From contig DASQGS010000325.1 in NCBI GenBank assembly GCA_035632455.1, positions 1-34,093 on the forward strand: a stretch of 34,093 nt of DNA. The letters run 5' to 3'. The position numbers and the translations under genes are program-made. The notes under the pieces were generated by a model. It made no database searches. It was given only the letters and a program-made list of their open reading frames with translations, and was not told the origin of the DNA. Positions within the stretch are counted from its first letter, which is position 1, and every line of letters starts with the position of its first letter. This DNA comes from Thermoanaerobaculia bacterium. GTDB lineage: Bacteria > Acidobacteriota > Thermoanaerobaculia > Gp7-AA8. Shown here piece by piece: positions 16,335 to 25,234 of this stretch.

Positions 16335-18026
16335 CTACCTCCCGTACACGATCTCGCCCCCTACCACCGTGTATTTCACCGTCATGCGCCAGAGCTGCGA
16401 GGACGGGATCTCATAAGGATTCTCGTGAACGATGGTGAAGTCGGCGAGCTTGCCGGGCTCGATTGATCCACGCGAGTCTTCCTCAAACGCGGCATACGCG
16501 GCATCCTTCGTGAACCCTCGGATCGCTTCGGCGAGCGTGAGACGTTGCGTCGGGTACCAGCCGCCCTCGGGCTGCCCTTTCTGATCCTGCCGCGTCACGG
16601 CGGAGTAGATCCCGAAGAATGGATTCACGAGCTCGACGGGAAAGTCGGAGCCGAGCGCAATGCGTGCACCGGAGTCGAGGACGGTGCGCCAGGCATAAGC
16701 TCCCTTGATCCGCTCGGTCCCGAGACGCGCTTCCGCCCATGGCATATCGCTCGTCGCATGCGTCGGCTGCATCGATGCGATGATGCCGAGCTTCGACAGC
16801 CGCGGCACGTCGCTATGTGCGATCACCTGCAGATGCTCGACGCGGAAGCGTCTTGAAGGGTCGATGCCCGCGCGCTCGTAGGCGTCGATCACATTGCGCA
16901 CGCCGCGATCACCGATGGCGTGAGTGTTGACCTGGAAGCCCGCAGCCAGCGCCCTCTTCGACACTCCGAGGATGTGCTCGGGTCCACTGATGACAAGCCC
17001 GGAGTTGCCGGGATCGTCGGAGTAGGGTGCTAAGAGCGCCGCCCCGCGGCTGCCGAGAGCGCCGTCGGCGTAGAGCTTGATCGATCGCACTGTGAGGCGA
17101 TCGCCATAACCGACGAGCGGTCCGCGGCGGAGCCACTCGGTAAGGTGAGAAGCCGCGCCCTGGCCGTCGCTGAGATCATCGTCGCTGAGCATGACGTAGA
17201 CCCGAATCGGGAAGCGCTTCTCGTCGATCAGTTCGCGAATGGCGCGGATCGTCTCCTCATCGGCGCCGGCGTCGTGCATCTCGGTCAGCCCGTTGGCGGC
17301 GATCGCCTCGGCTGCGGCGCGCACGCGCTCCTTGCGCTGCGCAAAGGACGGCGGCGGCACCTTGGAATCGATGAGCTGCATGGCACCGTCGACGAAGACG
17401 CCGGTCGGGTTGCCCGCGGCGTCCCGGATGATCCGTCCGCCGTCAGGATCGCGTGTCGCGGCGCCGATGCCTGCCGCGCGCATGGCGGCGCTGTTGGCCA
17501 GCCCGGCGTGACCATCGACGCGGCGGAGCCACACGGGATGGTCCGCCACGGCCGCGTCGAGAAGCTCTGCCGTCGGAAACTGCTTTCCCGCCCAGCGATT
17601 CTGGTCCCATCCGCGACCGAGAATCCATTGACCCGCCGGCTCGGTGGCGGCGCGCTTGCGCACTCGCGCGACGGCTTCCTCGTATGACGACGCACCGACG
17701 AGATCGACTGTGTCGAGCGAAAGACCGAGCCCGTAGAGATGACCGTGCGCATCGGTTAACCCCGGCAGAATCGTCGCCGCCGAGACATCGATCACGCGGG
17801 CACCTGCATGCGCGGCACGGAGAGCATTCGCAGGGCCAACCTCGCGGACACGCCCGTTCTCAACATAGATCGCGTAGTTCTTCTGCGGCTTCTGATCCGG
17901 CCCCGCGAGAACGGTACCCGCGATGAAAAGCGTTCCGGAATCGGTCGTGGTCACGCGCACTCCCCTGCCCGGCGGCGTCGCGCAGCCGAGAACGGCGAGC
18001 AAGAATATCGCGAGGCATCGTGGCAT
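16335..18026 (-). CDS. Amidohydrolase-3 (YtcJ-like metal-dependent hydrolase) lipoprotein, 563 aa
   Basis: Signal/lipobox MPRCLAIFLLAVLGC. Metal motif LTDAHGHLYGLG. Also contains NTHAIGDRG and ALGSDFPVE. Start at ATG 18026 with GGAG 6 nt upstream. Confidence 0.85.
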   Translation of the reverse strand: MPRCLAIFLLAVLGCATPPGRGVRVTTTDSGTLFIAGTVLAGPDQKPQKNYAIYVENGRVREVGPANALRAAHAGARVIDVSAATILPGLTDAHGHLYGLGLSLDTVDLVGASSYEEAVARVRKRAATEPAGQWILGRGWDQNRWAGKQFPTAELLDAAVADHPVWLRRVDGHAGLANSAAMRAAGIGAATRDPDGGRIIRDAAGNPTGVFVDGAMQLIDSKVPPPSFAQRKERVRAAAEAIAANGLTEMHDAGADEETIRAIRELIDEKRFPIRVYVMLSDDDLSDGQGAASHLTEWLRRGPLVGYGDRLTVRSIKLYADGALGSRGAALLAPYSDDPGNSGLVISGPEHILGVSKRALAAGFQVNTHAIGDRGVRNVIDAYERAGIDPSRRFRVEHLQVIAHSDVPRLSKLGIIASMQPTHATSDMPWAEARLGTERIKGAYAWRTVLDSGARIALGSDFPVELVNPFFGIYSAVTRQDQKGQPEGGWYPTQRLTLAEAIRGFTKDAAYAAFEEDSRGSIEPGKLADFTIVHENPYEIPSSQLWRMTVKYTVVGGEIVYGR

Positions 18027-18099
18027 CGAGGTCTCCTTCGGCGGGTATTGTGCCTCACGAGTGCTAAACTTCGGCAACTCGTCAACTTGTGGAGGATGC

Positions 18100-19491
18100 A
18101 TGCGTAGATCGCTCCTGCTTGCCGCCCTTGCGGTATTGGTGCTTGCGTTTCCCCTTTGCGCACAGAACACCGACATCGAGTCGCTTTCGGGTCTCCAGTT
18201 CAATTTTGGGAACCCCGGCGCCCGCTCTCTCGGAATGGGCGGCGCGTTTCTCGGTCTGGCCGACGACGCTTCTGCGGCCGAGGCAAATCCGGCGGGTCTG
18301 ACCATCCTTCGGAAACCGGAAGTCTCGTTCGAGGCGCGCAATTATCTCGAGCAGCAGCTCTTCAGCACCAGCGGCACGTTTCCCGAGATCGACCGGACCG
18401 GGTTTAACCACTACAGCATGAGGGTCGATCCGACATTCGCCAGCTTCGTGTATCCCATCAAGAATTTCGCCATCGCCGCGTACTACCATCAGCCGCTGCG
18501 CAACGAGGGCGTCGGCTCGGTGGTGCCGATCCGCAATCAGTTCACCGGCGAGATCAAGACCGATGTGCCCAACTTCTTCCTGCCCAAGAACGGCACGCCG
18601 GTCAGCTCCGCGGAGTGCGACCAGATCCGGAAGAACGCCAACGACTTCTTCGCCTGCATCGAGTACGCGATCATCCCATTCCTGAGCACGCTCGACGTCG
18701 AAGAGCGAACCTGGGGCGTCGCCGGGGCATGGAAGCTGGGGCCGGTCTCGCTCGGTGCCGCGGCGCGCTTCCAGCAGTTCAAGGAATCGGCGCTGACGTT
18801 GCGGGTCTCCTCGACGCTCGACACGACGAGCATCTCCACGCAGGCCACCGGGAGCCTCGACAGCAAAGGCAACATCAACATCAAGCAGGAGCACGCCATC
18901 ACCTACGTGGGCGGCTTCAAGTGGACGGTCAATGACAAGCTGAGCTTCGGCGGCTCTTATAAGAAGGGTGCGCAGTTTCCGGCACCAACATTCGCGGCCA
19001 CGTCGACAACGAACTTCCAATACGTCAAGGTCGCCGACACGAAGTTCCATACGCCGGACGTGGCCGGCCTCGGCGTCTCGGTCCGGCCGATTCAGGCTCT
19101 GACTCTCAACGTCGACGCCGTTCACGTGAAGTACTCGAATCTCGTGGACAATTTCTTCTCGATCAACGACACGGTCCGCGCCCTTTCGAAGCCATACAAG
19201 GCCAACGACGTGACCGAGCTCCACGGCGGCGGCGAGTATTTCTTCGCCACGAAGATCCCCTTCGCCATACGCGCCGGATTCTGGCGCGACCCGGCCCACT
19301 CGATCCAGTATGCCGGCCCGCTCGATACGCCCGACCGCGTCGCGGCCGCGATTCTCTATCCCAAGGGGCACTCGCAGAATCACAAGTCCGTCGGCGTGGG
19401 TCTGGCCTGGCCGCGATTCCAGGTCGACGCAGCCTACGAGACGTCGCCGACGTTCAAGGTGGGATCGATCTCGGTCGTGGCGAGGTATTAG
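18100..19491 (+). CDS. Outer-membrane beta-barrel protein (FadL/UPF0164-like), 463 aa
   Basis: Signal peptide MRRSLLLAALAVLVLAFPLCAQ. N-terminal GARSLGMGGAFLGLADDASAAEANPAGL motif. Alternating beta-strand pattern. The C-terminus ends ...ISVVARY, an aromatic terminal residue. Confidence 0.8.
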   Translation: MRRSLLLAALAVLVLAFPLCAQNTDIESLSGLQFNFGNPGARSLGMGGAFLGLADDASAAEANPAGLTILRKPEVSFEARNYLEQQLFSTSGTFPEIDRTGFNHYSMRVDPTFASFVYPIKNFAIAAYYHQPLRNEGVGSVVPIRNQFTGEIKTDVPNFFLPKNGTPVSSAECDQIRKNANDFFACIEYAIIPFLSTLDVEERTWGVAGAWKLGPVSLGAAARFQQFKESALTLRVSSTLDTTSISTQATGSLDSKGNINIKQEHAITYVGGFKWTVNDKLSFGGSYKKGAQFPAPTFAATSTTNFQYVKVADTKFHTPDVAGLGVSVRPIQALTLNVDAVHVKYSNLVDNFFSINDTVRALSKPYKANDVTELHGGGEYFFATKIPFAIRAGFWRDPAHSIQYAGPLDTPDRVAAAILYPKGHSQNHKSVGVGLAWPRFQVDAAYETSPTFKVGSISVVARY

Positions 19492-20186
19492 GAGCGCGGC
19501 CGGGAGAGCTCGTCCAAGCCGATATCCATCAATTCGAACCGCTGCCAGCCGCGGAAGTCGTAGTGCCACCACTCCGACGGCAGGGGCTCGAATCCGTTGC
19601 TCGTCATGACGTCGCGCAGCTTTGCTCGATTCGCAAGGACATCGGCCGGCAGGTCCGCGAAGTCGTGGTGCGCCTTCGGGCTGAAATCGTCGTAGGGCGT
19701 CGGCATCAGCAGCTCTGCGCCGCTCCGCAGATCGATGAGCGTGAGATCGACCGCCGCGCCGCGGTTGTGCCGCGAGCCCTTCGCCGGATCGGCCACAAAA
19801 TCGGGGTTCTTGTAAGGCTCCCACATCCGCTCGGTCACCCGGTACGGGCGATAACCGTCGAAGATCTTCAGTCCCAAGCCTTGGCGCCCTAGCTCAACCT
19901 CGACTTGTGCTAGGGCGCGGGCCACGGGCGCGCGGACGAGGACACGTGCCACGGGATAGAGCCGCTCGTGCATGAAGTTGTTCGTCGTGGCGTATCGGAC
20001 GTCGATCGCAATCCCGGGGACGGCCGTCGCGACATCGACGAGCCGCTTGGTGGGATCGATCTGCGCGAGGCGTTCATACGTAGCGAGGTCGCTGACGACC
20101 TCCAGGCCGTAGCGGTTCTTGGGAACCCGCGGTGCCGTGGCGCACGCGCAGAGGAGCAGGAGTAAGAGGATTGTCTTCTTTCGCAT
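19488..20186 (-). CDS. D-alanyl-D-alanine dipeptidase (VanX/DdpX, peptidase M15D) with lipoprotein-like signal, 232 aa
   Basis: Motifs FDGYRP, SRHNRGAAVDLTL and EWWHYD. N-terminus MRKKTILLLLLLCAC. Its stop overlaps the OMP stop by 4 nt (convergent genes). Confidence 0.85.
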   Translation of the reverse strand: MRKKTILLLLLLCACATAPRVPKNRYGLEVVSDLATYERLAQIDPTKRLVDVATAVPGIAIDVRYATTNNFMHERLYPVARVLVRAPVARALAQVEVELGRQGLGLKIFDGYRPYRVTERMWEPYKNPDFVADPAKGSRHNRGAAVDLTLIDLRSGAELLMPTPYDDFSPKAHHDFADLPADVLANRAKLRDVMTSNGFEPLPSEWWHYDFRGWQRFELMDIGLDELSRPRS

Positions 20187-20282
20187 ATGGACTGCGGCGG
20201 CTCGCCGCCGCTTTCGTTGACCACTCGGGGAGAACTCAGTGTAGACCTCCAGCCCTCCTTCCGCATGCTATGGTTTCTTCTC

Positions 20283-21488
20283 ATGGAGCTCGACATCTTC
20301 TTCTCGATCTGCCAGACCGAGGTGCGCGGGTACATCCCGGGCGAACGGGAGATGTTCGAGAACTTCTTCGAGCAAGTGGATCTCGCCGACCGCCTCGGGT
20401 TCGGCACGGCCTGGGTCGCCGAGAGCCACCTCTCCACCGAGGTGCAGAAAAGCAACCCGGGCGCCGTGATTCCGCACTTTGCCGGCGAGATCGGCCTCAA
20501 TACCGACATTCTGCAACTCGCCCATCGCGTCTTCGCGCGCACCGAGCGGATCGGCGTCGGATCGGCGATCATGAACATCCTCTGCAACGGCGGTCCGATC
20601 GCCGCGGCCGAGCGGATCAAGGCCTTCCTCACGCTTCACGGACTCGCGCCCGGCGAACAGCGTCTCCTGACCATCGGCTTCGCAGCGGGGCGATTTCCGT
20701 TCATCAACATCCCGTATGGAATCGTCCCGCGGAATCCGGTCGAGGCCGCCGCGTGGCCGGTCGTGAAGAACAAGATCTTCGAAGAAGCGACGGAGATCTT
20801 CCTCCGGCTGCTCAAGGGCGAGACTCTGAGCTCGGGAATGATTGCCCGCCGCTCGCTCGTCCGCTCCGACTTCCGGCGGGATGAGGATTGGCAGCGCGCC
20901 GTCGAGGCTTGGGGACAACATGCGGACAAGATTCCGCTGGAGCCACGCTGGCGTTTTCCGAACCTGAAGATCATTCCGCAGGAAGCGCCGATGCATCTTT
21001 TGCGCCTCTCGATCGGCTCGCACGATCCGGCCACGCAGATCCTGGCGAACACAATCCTGCCGGTCGGCGTGTTCAACCTGTCAATCACGCCGGGCGACGA
21101 GATCGAGAAGACGAACGAGCGCATGCAGACGCGCTATCACCCCGACGGCGGCGTTTGGCAACGCCGCCTCATGCCGCGGACGGTCCTCGTCTTCATCAAT
21201 GAGGAAGAGGGGCTCAGCGCCGAGGAGAAGAACGCTCGCGCCGCGGAAGAGGCGCGCGAGGCGCTGACGAATTACTGGAAGGCGCTCGAAGGGACGCTCG
21301 ATGAGGAGAAGGTGCGACGGGCGACGAACAATGCCCTGATCGGCGACGCGGCGACAATCGCGACACAGATCCGCGAGCGCTTCCATCCCGACGACCGCCT
21401 GATGCTCTGGTTCGATTTCAACAACCACGATTCGAAAAGGGTGTGCAGGAACATGGAGGCGTTCGCGAGGAAGGTTACGTCATCCTGA
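20283..21488 (+). CDS. Luciferase-like (LLM-class) flavin-dependent monooxygenase/oxidoreductase, about 401 aa
   Basis: N-terminus MELDIFFSI...DLADRLGFGTAWVAESH is typical of LLM proteins. The start is uncertain: ATG 20265 and the track start 20187 are alternatives, and there is no clear SD. The last codons and the stop lie inside the repeat at 21479. Confidence 0.75.
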   Translation: MELDIFFSICQTEVRGYIPGEREMFENFFEQVDLADRLGFGTAWVAESHLSTEVQKSNPGAVIPHFAGEIGLNTDILQLAHRVFARTERIGVGSAIMNILCNGGPIAAAERIKAFLTLHGLAPGEQRLLTIGFAAGRFPFINIPYGIVPRNPVEAAAWPVVKNKIFEEATEIFLRLLKGETLSSGMIARRSLVRSDFRRDEDWQRAVEAWGQHADKIPLEPRWRFPNLKIIPQEAPMHLLRLSIGSHDPATQILANTILPVGVFNLSITPGDEIEKTNERMQTRYHPDGGVWQRRLMPRTVLVFINEEEGLSAEEKNARAAEEAREALTNYWKALEGTLDEEKVRRATNNALIGDAATIATQIRERFHPDDRLMLWFDFNNHDSKRVCRNMEAFARKVTSS

Positions 21489-21590
21489 GCCGCGTAGACG
21501 GCGAAGGATCATCTTGCGAGGATCGTGGCTTTGCCAGGGAGATCCTTCGCCGCGCTTCACCCCTCCGGGGTTTCGCCGGCTCAGGATGAC
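21479..21590. mobile_element. 112-bp MITE-like palindromic element with perfect 12-bp termini GTCATCCTGAGC / GCTCAGGATGAC
   Basis: Sequence is gtcatcctgagccgcgtagacggcgaaggatc ... gatccttcgccgcg ... gctcaggatgac. Its left half matches the reverse complement of 31121-31155 (ggatccctcgccgtctacgcggctcgggatgacac). Confidence 0.7.
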
Positions 21591-21623
21591 ACGATCATTC
21601 CCCTCCTCGCCTACAATCACTCC

Positions 21624-22733
21624 ATGCCTCATAGCGAATCCCCGGTCAACTTCGCCCGCGCCATGCCGAACTGGCAGCCGCTGGTTGAGTACCGGCGGAA
21701 TGGGATCGCCGAGAATACCGTGCACGGCGCCGTGTCGTGGGTGACCGGCAAGAATCTACTCCATTCCTTCGGCGGGAACGTCGAGGTCTAGGGGCGCTCG
21801 ATGGTCAAGCCGGTCATGATGAAAGTGTTCGAGGACGAGTTTCGCGACGCGCTCTCCGGCGAGCAGAAGGCCATCTCGGTCGCCTCGCACAACGGCGACA
21901 CCGAGCACGTGCGCGTCGCTCGTTCGATCCTCCTCGAGTCGGAGTGGGGTCTCATGCAGACGCCGCACGACGTGCCGCTCGTGCAGTTCGGGCGCCAGGT
22001 GCGCCGGCCGCGTCGGTGGTATCACTGCTGCTCCGGCGAGCATGCGGCGATCCTCCGCGGATGCAAGCTGAAGGGATGGTCGCGCATCGGCTACGTCTGG
22101 CCGCACCATCCTTTCTTTCAGGCTTACCTCGGATACATCCACAGCGTACTCGGCCCCGATTGGAGCGCCGGCGTGATCGCCAAGGACGGCTGCGGCCTGC
22201 CCACGGTGAGCATGACCGTGACCGACCTCGCCAAGCTCTTCGCGAACCTCGTCACCGAAAAGGACACCGACTGGATCTGGCAGGCCATGGTCGCGCATCC
22301 CGATCTCATCGGTGGCTTCAACCGCCTCGACTCGACGATTTTGAAGGCGTGTCATGGAAGGGTGCTCGCCAAGGAAGGCGCTGACGGTTTGCTCGGCCTC
22401 TCGATCGAGCATCCCGAATACCCAGACGGCCTCGGCGTGGTCGTGAAAATCGCGCATGGCTGGAATCCGCAGGCGACGTGGTACATCGCCCGCTACATCC
22501 TCGGCGTGCTCGGTTTCGAGCTCCGCAACCCGTACAAGCTGCGGCGGCAGAAAGCGTTCATCGTGCCCGAGGCAATCCCCCCGGACTTGCGCGACCGGAT
22601 GGAAACGATCGTGCCGTGGGACTCGTGGGATCCCGACATTGACCGATGGGAGTTCGATCCCGCCGAATATGCCGGCTCGCCGATTCTCGCGGGGCGGCCC
22701 GGAACGCCGGTGGGCGCTGGGGGACGGCGATGA
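21624..22733 (+). pseudogene. Asparaginase-II family gene interrupted by a single in-frame TAG (21789-21791)
   Basis: Track ORFs 21525-21791 and 21801-22733 are in the same frame. Read through, the sequence is ...WQPLVEYRRNGIAENTVHGAVSWV...GGNVEV*GRSMVKPVMM... followed by ASHNGDTEH, HCCSGEHAAIL, DGCGLP and AKEGADG. These match the asparaginase-II family, e.g. the GNPTRMTLARSAAKP, CSGKH and DGCNLP blocks of the Rhizobium etli enzyme. Confidence 0.7.
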
Positions 22734-24220
22734 CGGCGATCGAATCGGTGCGAAGCAAGCCAGACGAAGCTGCGATCCGGACGCTCGCGAATTTCATCGG
22801 TGGCAAGTTCGTCGCTCCGAACGATGGAGCGTTTCTCGACGACATCGACCCCGCGACCGGCGCGATCCTAGCCCGGATTCCGGACAGCGGCCGCAGCGAT
22901 GTCGATGCCGCAGTCGAAGCGGCGCACAAGGCCTTCCCAGCATGGAGCCGGACGCCGGCTGCGGAACGCTCGCGTCTCCTCCTCCAACTCGCCGATCTCA
23001 TCGAGCAGAACCTCGACGAGCTGGCGCGGCTCGAAAGCATTGACAACGGCAAGACCGTCGCCATGGCGCGCCGGCTGGACATTCCGCGCGCAGTGCAGAA
23101 CTTCCGCTTCTTCGCCACCGCCATCCTGCACACATCGACCGAAGCCCATCAGACCGATAGCAAGGCGCTCAACTACACCTTGCGGAAGCCGATCGGCGTG
23201 GCCGGCCTCATCTCGCCGTGGAACCTGCCGCTGTACCTGCTGAGCTGGAAGATCGCGCCTGCGATCGCCGCGGGAAACACATGCGTCGCCAAGCCCTCGG
23301 AGTTGACGCCGCTGACGGCGTCACGGCTCGCCGAGCTTTCGCTCGACGCCGGCATCCCACCGGGTGTCATCAACATCGTCCACGGCTACGGGGCGCGCGC
23401 CGGCCAATCCATCACCGAGCATCCGCACGTGCCGCTCATCTCGTTCACCGGCGGCACGGTCACCGGCGCGAGAGTCGCGGCCGCGGCGGCGCCATTGTTC
23501 AAAAGGCTCTCGCTCGAGCTCGGCGGCAAGAACCCGAATCTCATCTTCGCCGACGCCGATCTCGATGAGGCGGTGGCGACGTCGGTTCAGTCCAGCTTCG
23601 CCAATCAAGGAGAGATCTGCCTGTGCGGATCGCGCATCTTCGTCGAGCGCTCGATCTGCGATACGTTCGTCGAACGCTTCGCATCGGCCACGAGAAAGCT
23701 GCGAGTCGGCGATCCGAATGACGATTCCACCGACGTCGGCGCGCTCATCAGCGAATCTCATCTGCGAAAAGTGACGGGCTACATCGACCTCGCAAATCAG
23801 GAAGGCGGCACGATCGTCGCCGGCGGCCGTCGCCCCTCCAACCTGCCCCCGCGACTCGCCGGCGGCAACTTCCTCGAGCCGACGATCATTACCGGCCTCG
23901 GCCCACAATGCTGCGTCCTTCAGGAGGAGATCTTCGGACCGGTCGTCACGATCACGCCGTTCGACACCGAGGACGAAGCGATCTCGTTCGCAAACTCCAC
24001 GCGCTACGGCCTCTCGGCAACGCTCTGGACCAGCAACCTCCAGCGCGCCCACCGCATCGCCGCCGCGCTCGATGCCGGCACCGTCTGGATCAACTGCTGG
24101 CTCCTCCGCGACCTCCGCGTCCCCTTCGGCGGCATGAAGGAAAGCGGCGTCGGCCGCGAAGGAGGATTCGAGAGCTTGCGGTTCTTCACCGAGGCGAAGA
24201 ACGTGTGCGTGAAGTTGTGA
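22730..24220 (+). CDS. NAD-dependent aldehyde dehydrogenase of the 2-hydroxymuconic/2-aminomuconic semialdehyde dehydrogenase (XylG/DmpC-like) type, 496 aa
   Basis: Contains ELGGKNPNLIF, catalytic GEICLCGSR, EEIFGPV and VWINCWLLRDLRVPFGGMKESGVGREGG. The C-terminus ...FFTEAKNVCVKL is very close to the XylG terminus as I recall it. The ATG overlaps the upstream stop (ATGA at 22730-22733). Confidence 0.88.
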   Translation: MTAIESVRSKPDEAAIRTLANFIGGKFVAPNDGAFLDDIDPATGAILARIPDSGRSDVDAAVEAAHKAFPAWSRTPAAERSRLLLQLADLIEQNLDELARLESIDNGKTVAMARRLDIPRAVQNFRFFATAILHTSTEAHQTDSKALNYTLRKPIGVAGLISPWNLPLYLLSWKIAPAIAAGNTCVAKPSELTPLTASRLAELSLDAGIPPGVINIVHGYGARAGQSITEHPHVPLISFTGGTVTGARVAAAAAPLFKRLSLELGGKNPNLIFADADLDEAVATSVQSSFANQGEICLCGSRIFVERSICDTFVERFASATRKLRVGDPNDDSTDVGALISESHLRKVTGYIDLANQEGGTIVAGGRRPSNLPPRLAGGNFLEPTIITGLGPQCCVLQEEIFGPVVTITPFDTEDEAISFANSTRYGLSATLWTSNLQRAHRIAAALDAGTVWINCWLLRDLRVPFGGMKESGVGREGGFESLRFFTEAKNVCVKL

Positions 24221-24261
24221 TCAGGTTTTGATGGATCAGGTCTGATGGTTTCAAGGAGTTG

Positions 24262-24324
24262 ATCCGCAGATGAACGCAGATGGTTGATATGCGTCATCTG
24301 CGTAAATCTGCGACATCTGCGGAT
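24262..24324. repeat. Palindrome of tandem CGCAGATG-type units (period about 10 nt)
   Basis: atccgcagatgaacgcagatgg faces gcgtcatctgcgtaaatctgcgacatctgcggat. Lies between convergent genes. Preceded by short GATCAGG direct repeats at 24218-24248. Confidence 0.7.
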
Positions 24325-24351
24325 ACGTATCCCTTAACACATTGGGTTGCC

Positions 24352-24741
24352 TCAACCGAAGACCAGCGCCTCCTCAAGTCCAGGCACGACACCCACGAAC
24401 TCCTCGAACCCCGCCGACGCCATCCCCTCCAACTCCCGCGTCACAACATCGCTCATGGTCGTCCCATCCCGCTCCGCGACATACCGCACCATGTCGCGCT
24501 GATACCGCGGCGCCCGCACGTCCAGCGCCACCAGCCGGATCGCCTCGGGCAACACGCGCGCCGCATCCTCCCCCAGCGCCTCCTCGATGATCTCGTGCGA
24601 CCACGTCCGCATCGCCGCCGCCATCATCTCCCTCCGAGGGACCCGCACCCCCATCCCCGTCCGTTCCGCTACAATCGTCCCCTCGGCGATTTCCTGTTTC
24701 AGCGCTTGAAACGAGATCCGCAACAACCCCGCAGCGGTCAT
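24352..24741 (-). CDS. Hypothetical protein (129 aa), no family recognised
   Basis: It is the only one of three overlapping ORFs here with a protein-like composition. The other two are Arg/Pro/His-rich shadow frames. Codons are strongly G-ending (GCG, CGG, GGG, ACG, TTG), unlike the C/G-ending usage of the core genes. Divergent from the XRE gene. Confidence 0.5.
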   Translation of the reverse strand: MTAAGLLRISFQALKQEIAEGTIVAERTGMGVRVPRREMMAAAMRTWSHEIIEEALGEDAARVLPEAIRLVALDVRAPRYQRDMVRYVAERDGTTMSDVVTRELEGMASAGFEEFVGVVPGLEEALVFG

Positions 24742-24798
24742 CAATGCAACAAAAGGACGAGGATTGAGAAAGATCTGGCGGATGGAAACACGGGTGGA

Positions 24799-24842
24799 TT
24801 GGTCTATGGCGACGCTCCTCTTTATAATACTCCATAGAGTAT
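24799..24842 (+). promoter_or_regulatory. Candidate sigma70 promoter plus palindromic operator of the XRE gene
   Basis: TTGGTC (24799-24804), 18-nt spacer, TATAAT (24823-24828). The perfect inverted repeat ATACTC-cata-GAGTAT (24827-24842) overlaps the -10 box. AAGGAG at 24863 lies 8 nt before the TTG start at 24877. Confidence 0.5.
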
Positions 24843-24876
24843 CACGCGCCGCGCGTCATTGCAAGGAGTTTCTGCC

Positions 24877-25140
24877 TTGACGGTCAAGACGCAGCCGGAA
24901 GGCGAGGTGTTCGGCCAGCAATTGCGCGAGCTTCGCCTTAAGCGCGACCTCACGCAGCAGGCCCTGGCAAACCTCTGCGCCACGAGCAAACCGTTCATCA
25001 GCGACCTCGAGCGGGGAGTGAAGGTCCCCAGCCTAACCATGATCCTCCGCCTCGCCGAAGCTCTCGACTGCCGCATCTACGACCTCGTCAGAGTCTTCGA
25101 CCGCGGCAAGCGCATTTCGCCGCGCTCACGGAAGGAGTGA
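24877..25140 (+). CDS. XRE-family helix-turn-helix transcriptional regulator (87 aa)
   Basis: Contains FGQQLRELRLKRDLTQQALANLCATSKPFISDLERGVKVPSLTMILRLAEAL. TTG start chosen because of the strong AAGGAG SD. The track start is 24859. Confidence 0.8.
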   Translation: MTVKTQPEGEVFGQQLRELRLKRDLTQQALANLCATSKPFISDLERGVKVPSLTMILRLAEALDCRIYDLVRVFDRGKRISPRSRKE

Positions 25141-25234
25141 GCCTTCCGCGTGTCGAGGCTGAGCAACGAATCGACGAGCTGCTGAATGGACCGAGTGGTC
25201 GATCGGTGATCGACAATAAGGGAAGCGTCTTACC

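Noticed and set aside
18082-19824. 580-aa minus-strand ORF overlapping the OMP gene and part of the dipeptidase gene
   Set aside because: It is Arg/Gly/Glu-rich, antisense to a gene with a clear signal peptide and beta-barrel signature, and out of frame with the real VanX-like gene. It is a typical GC-rich shadow ORF.
21756-22457. 233-aa minus-strand ORF antisense to the asparaginase-II gene
   Set aside because: It overlaps a frame with clear family motifs (CSGEH, DGCGLP, AKEGADG). Its own translation has no motif and a shadow-like composition.
25198-25214. Short hairpin gtcgatc-ggt-gatcgac between the XRE gene and paralogue B, considered as a terminator
   Set aside because: It has only a 7-bp stem of moderate GC with no T-tract on either strand. 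That is too weak to call.
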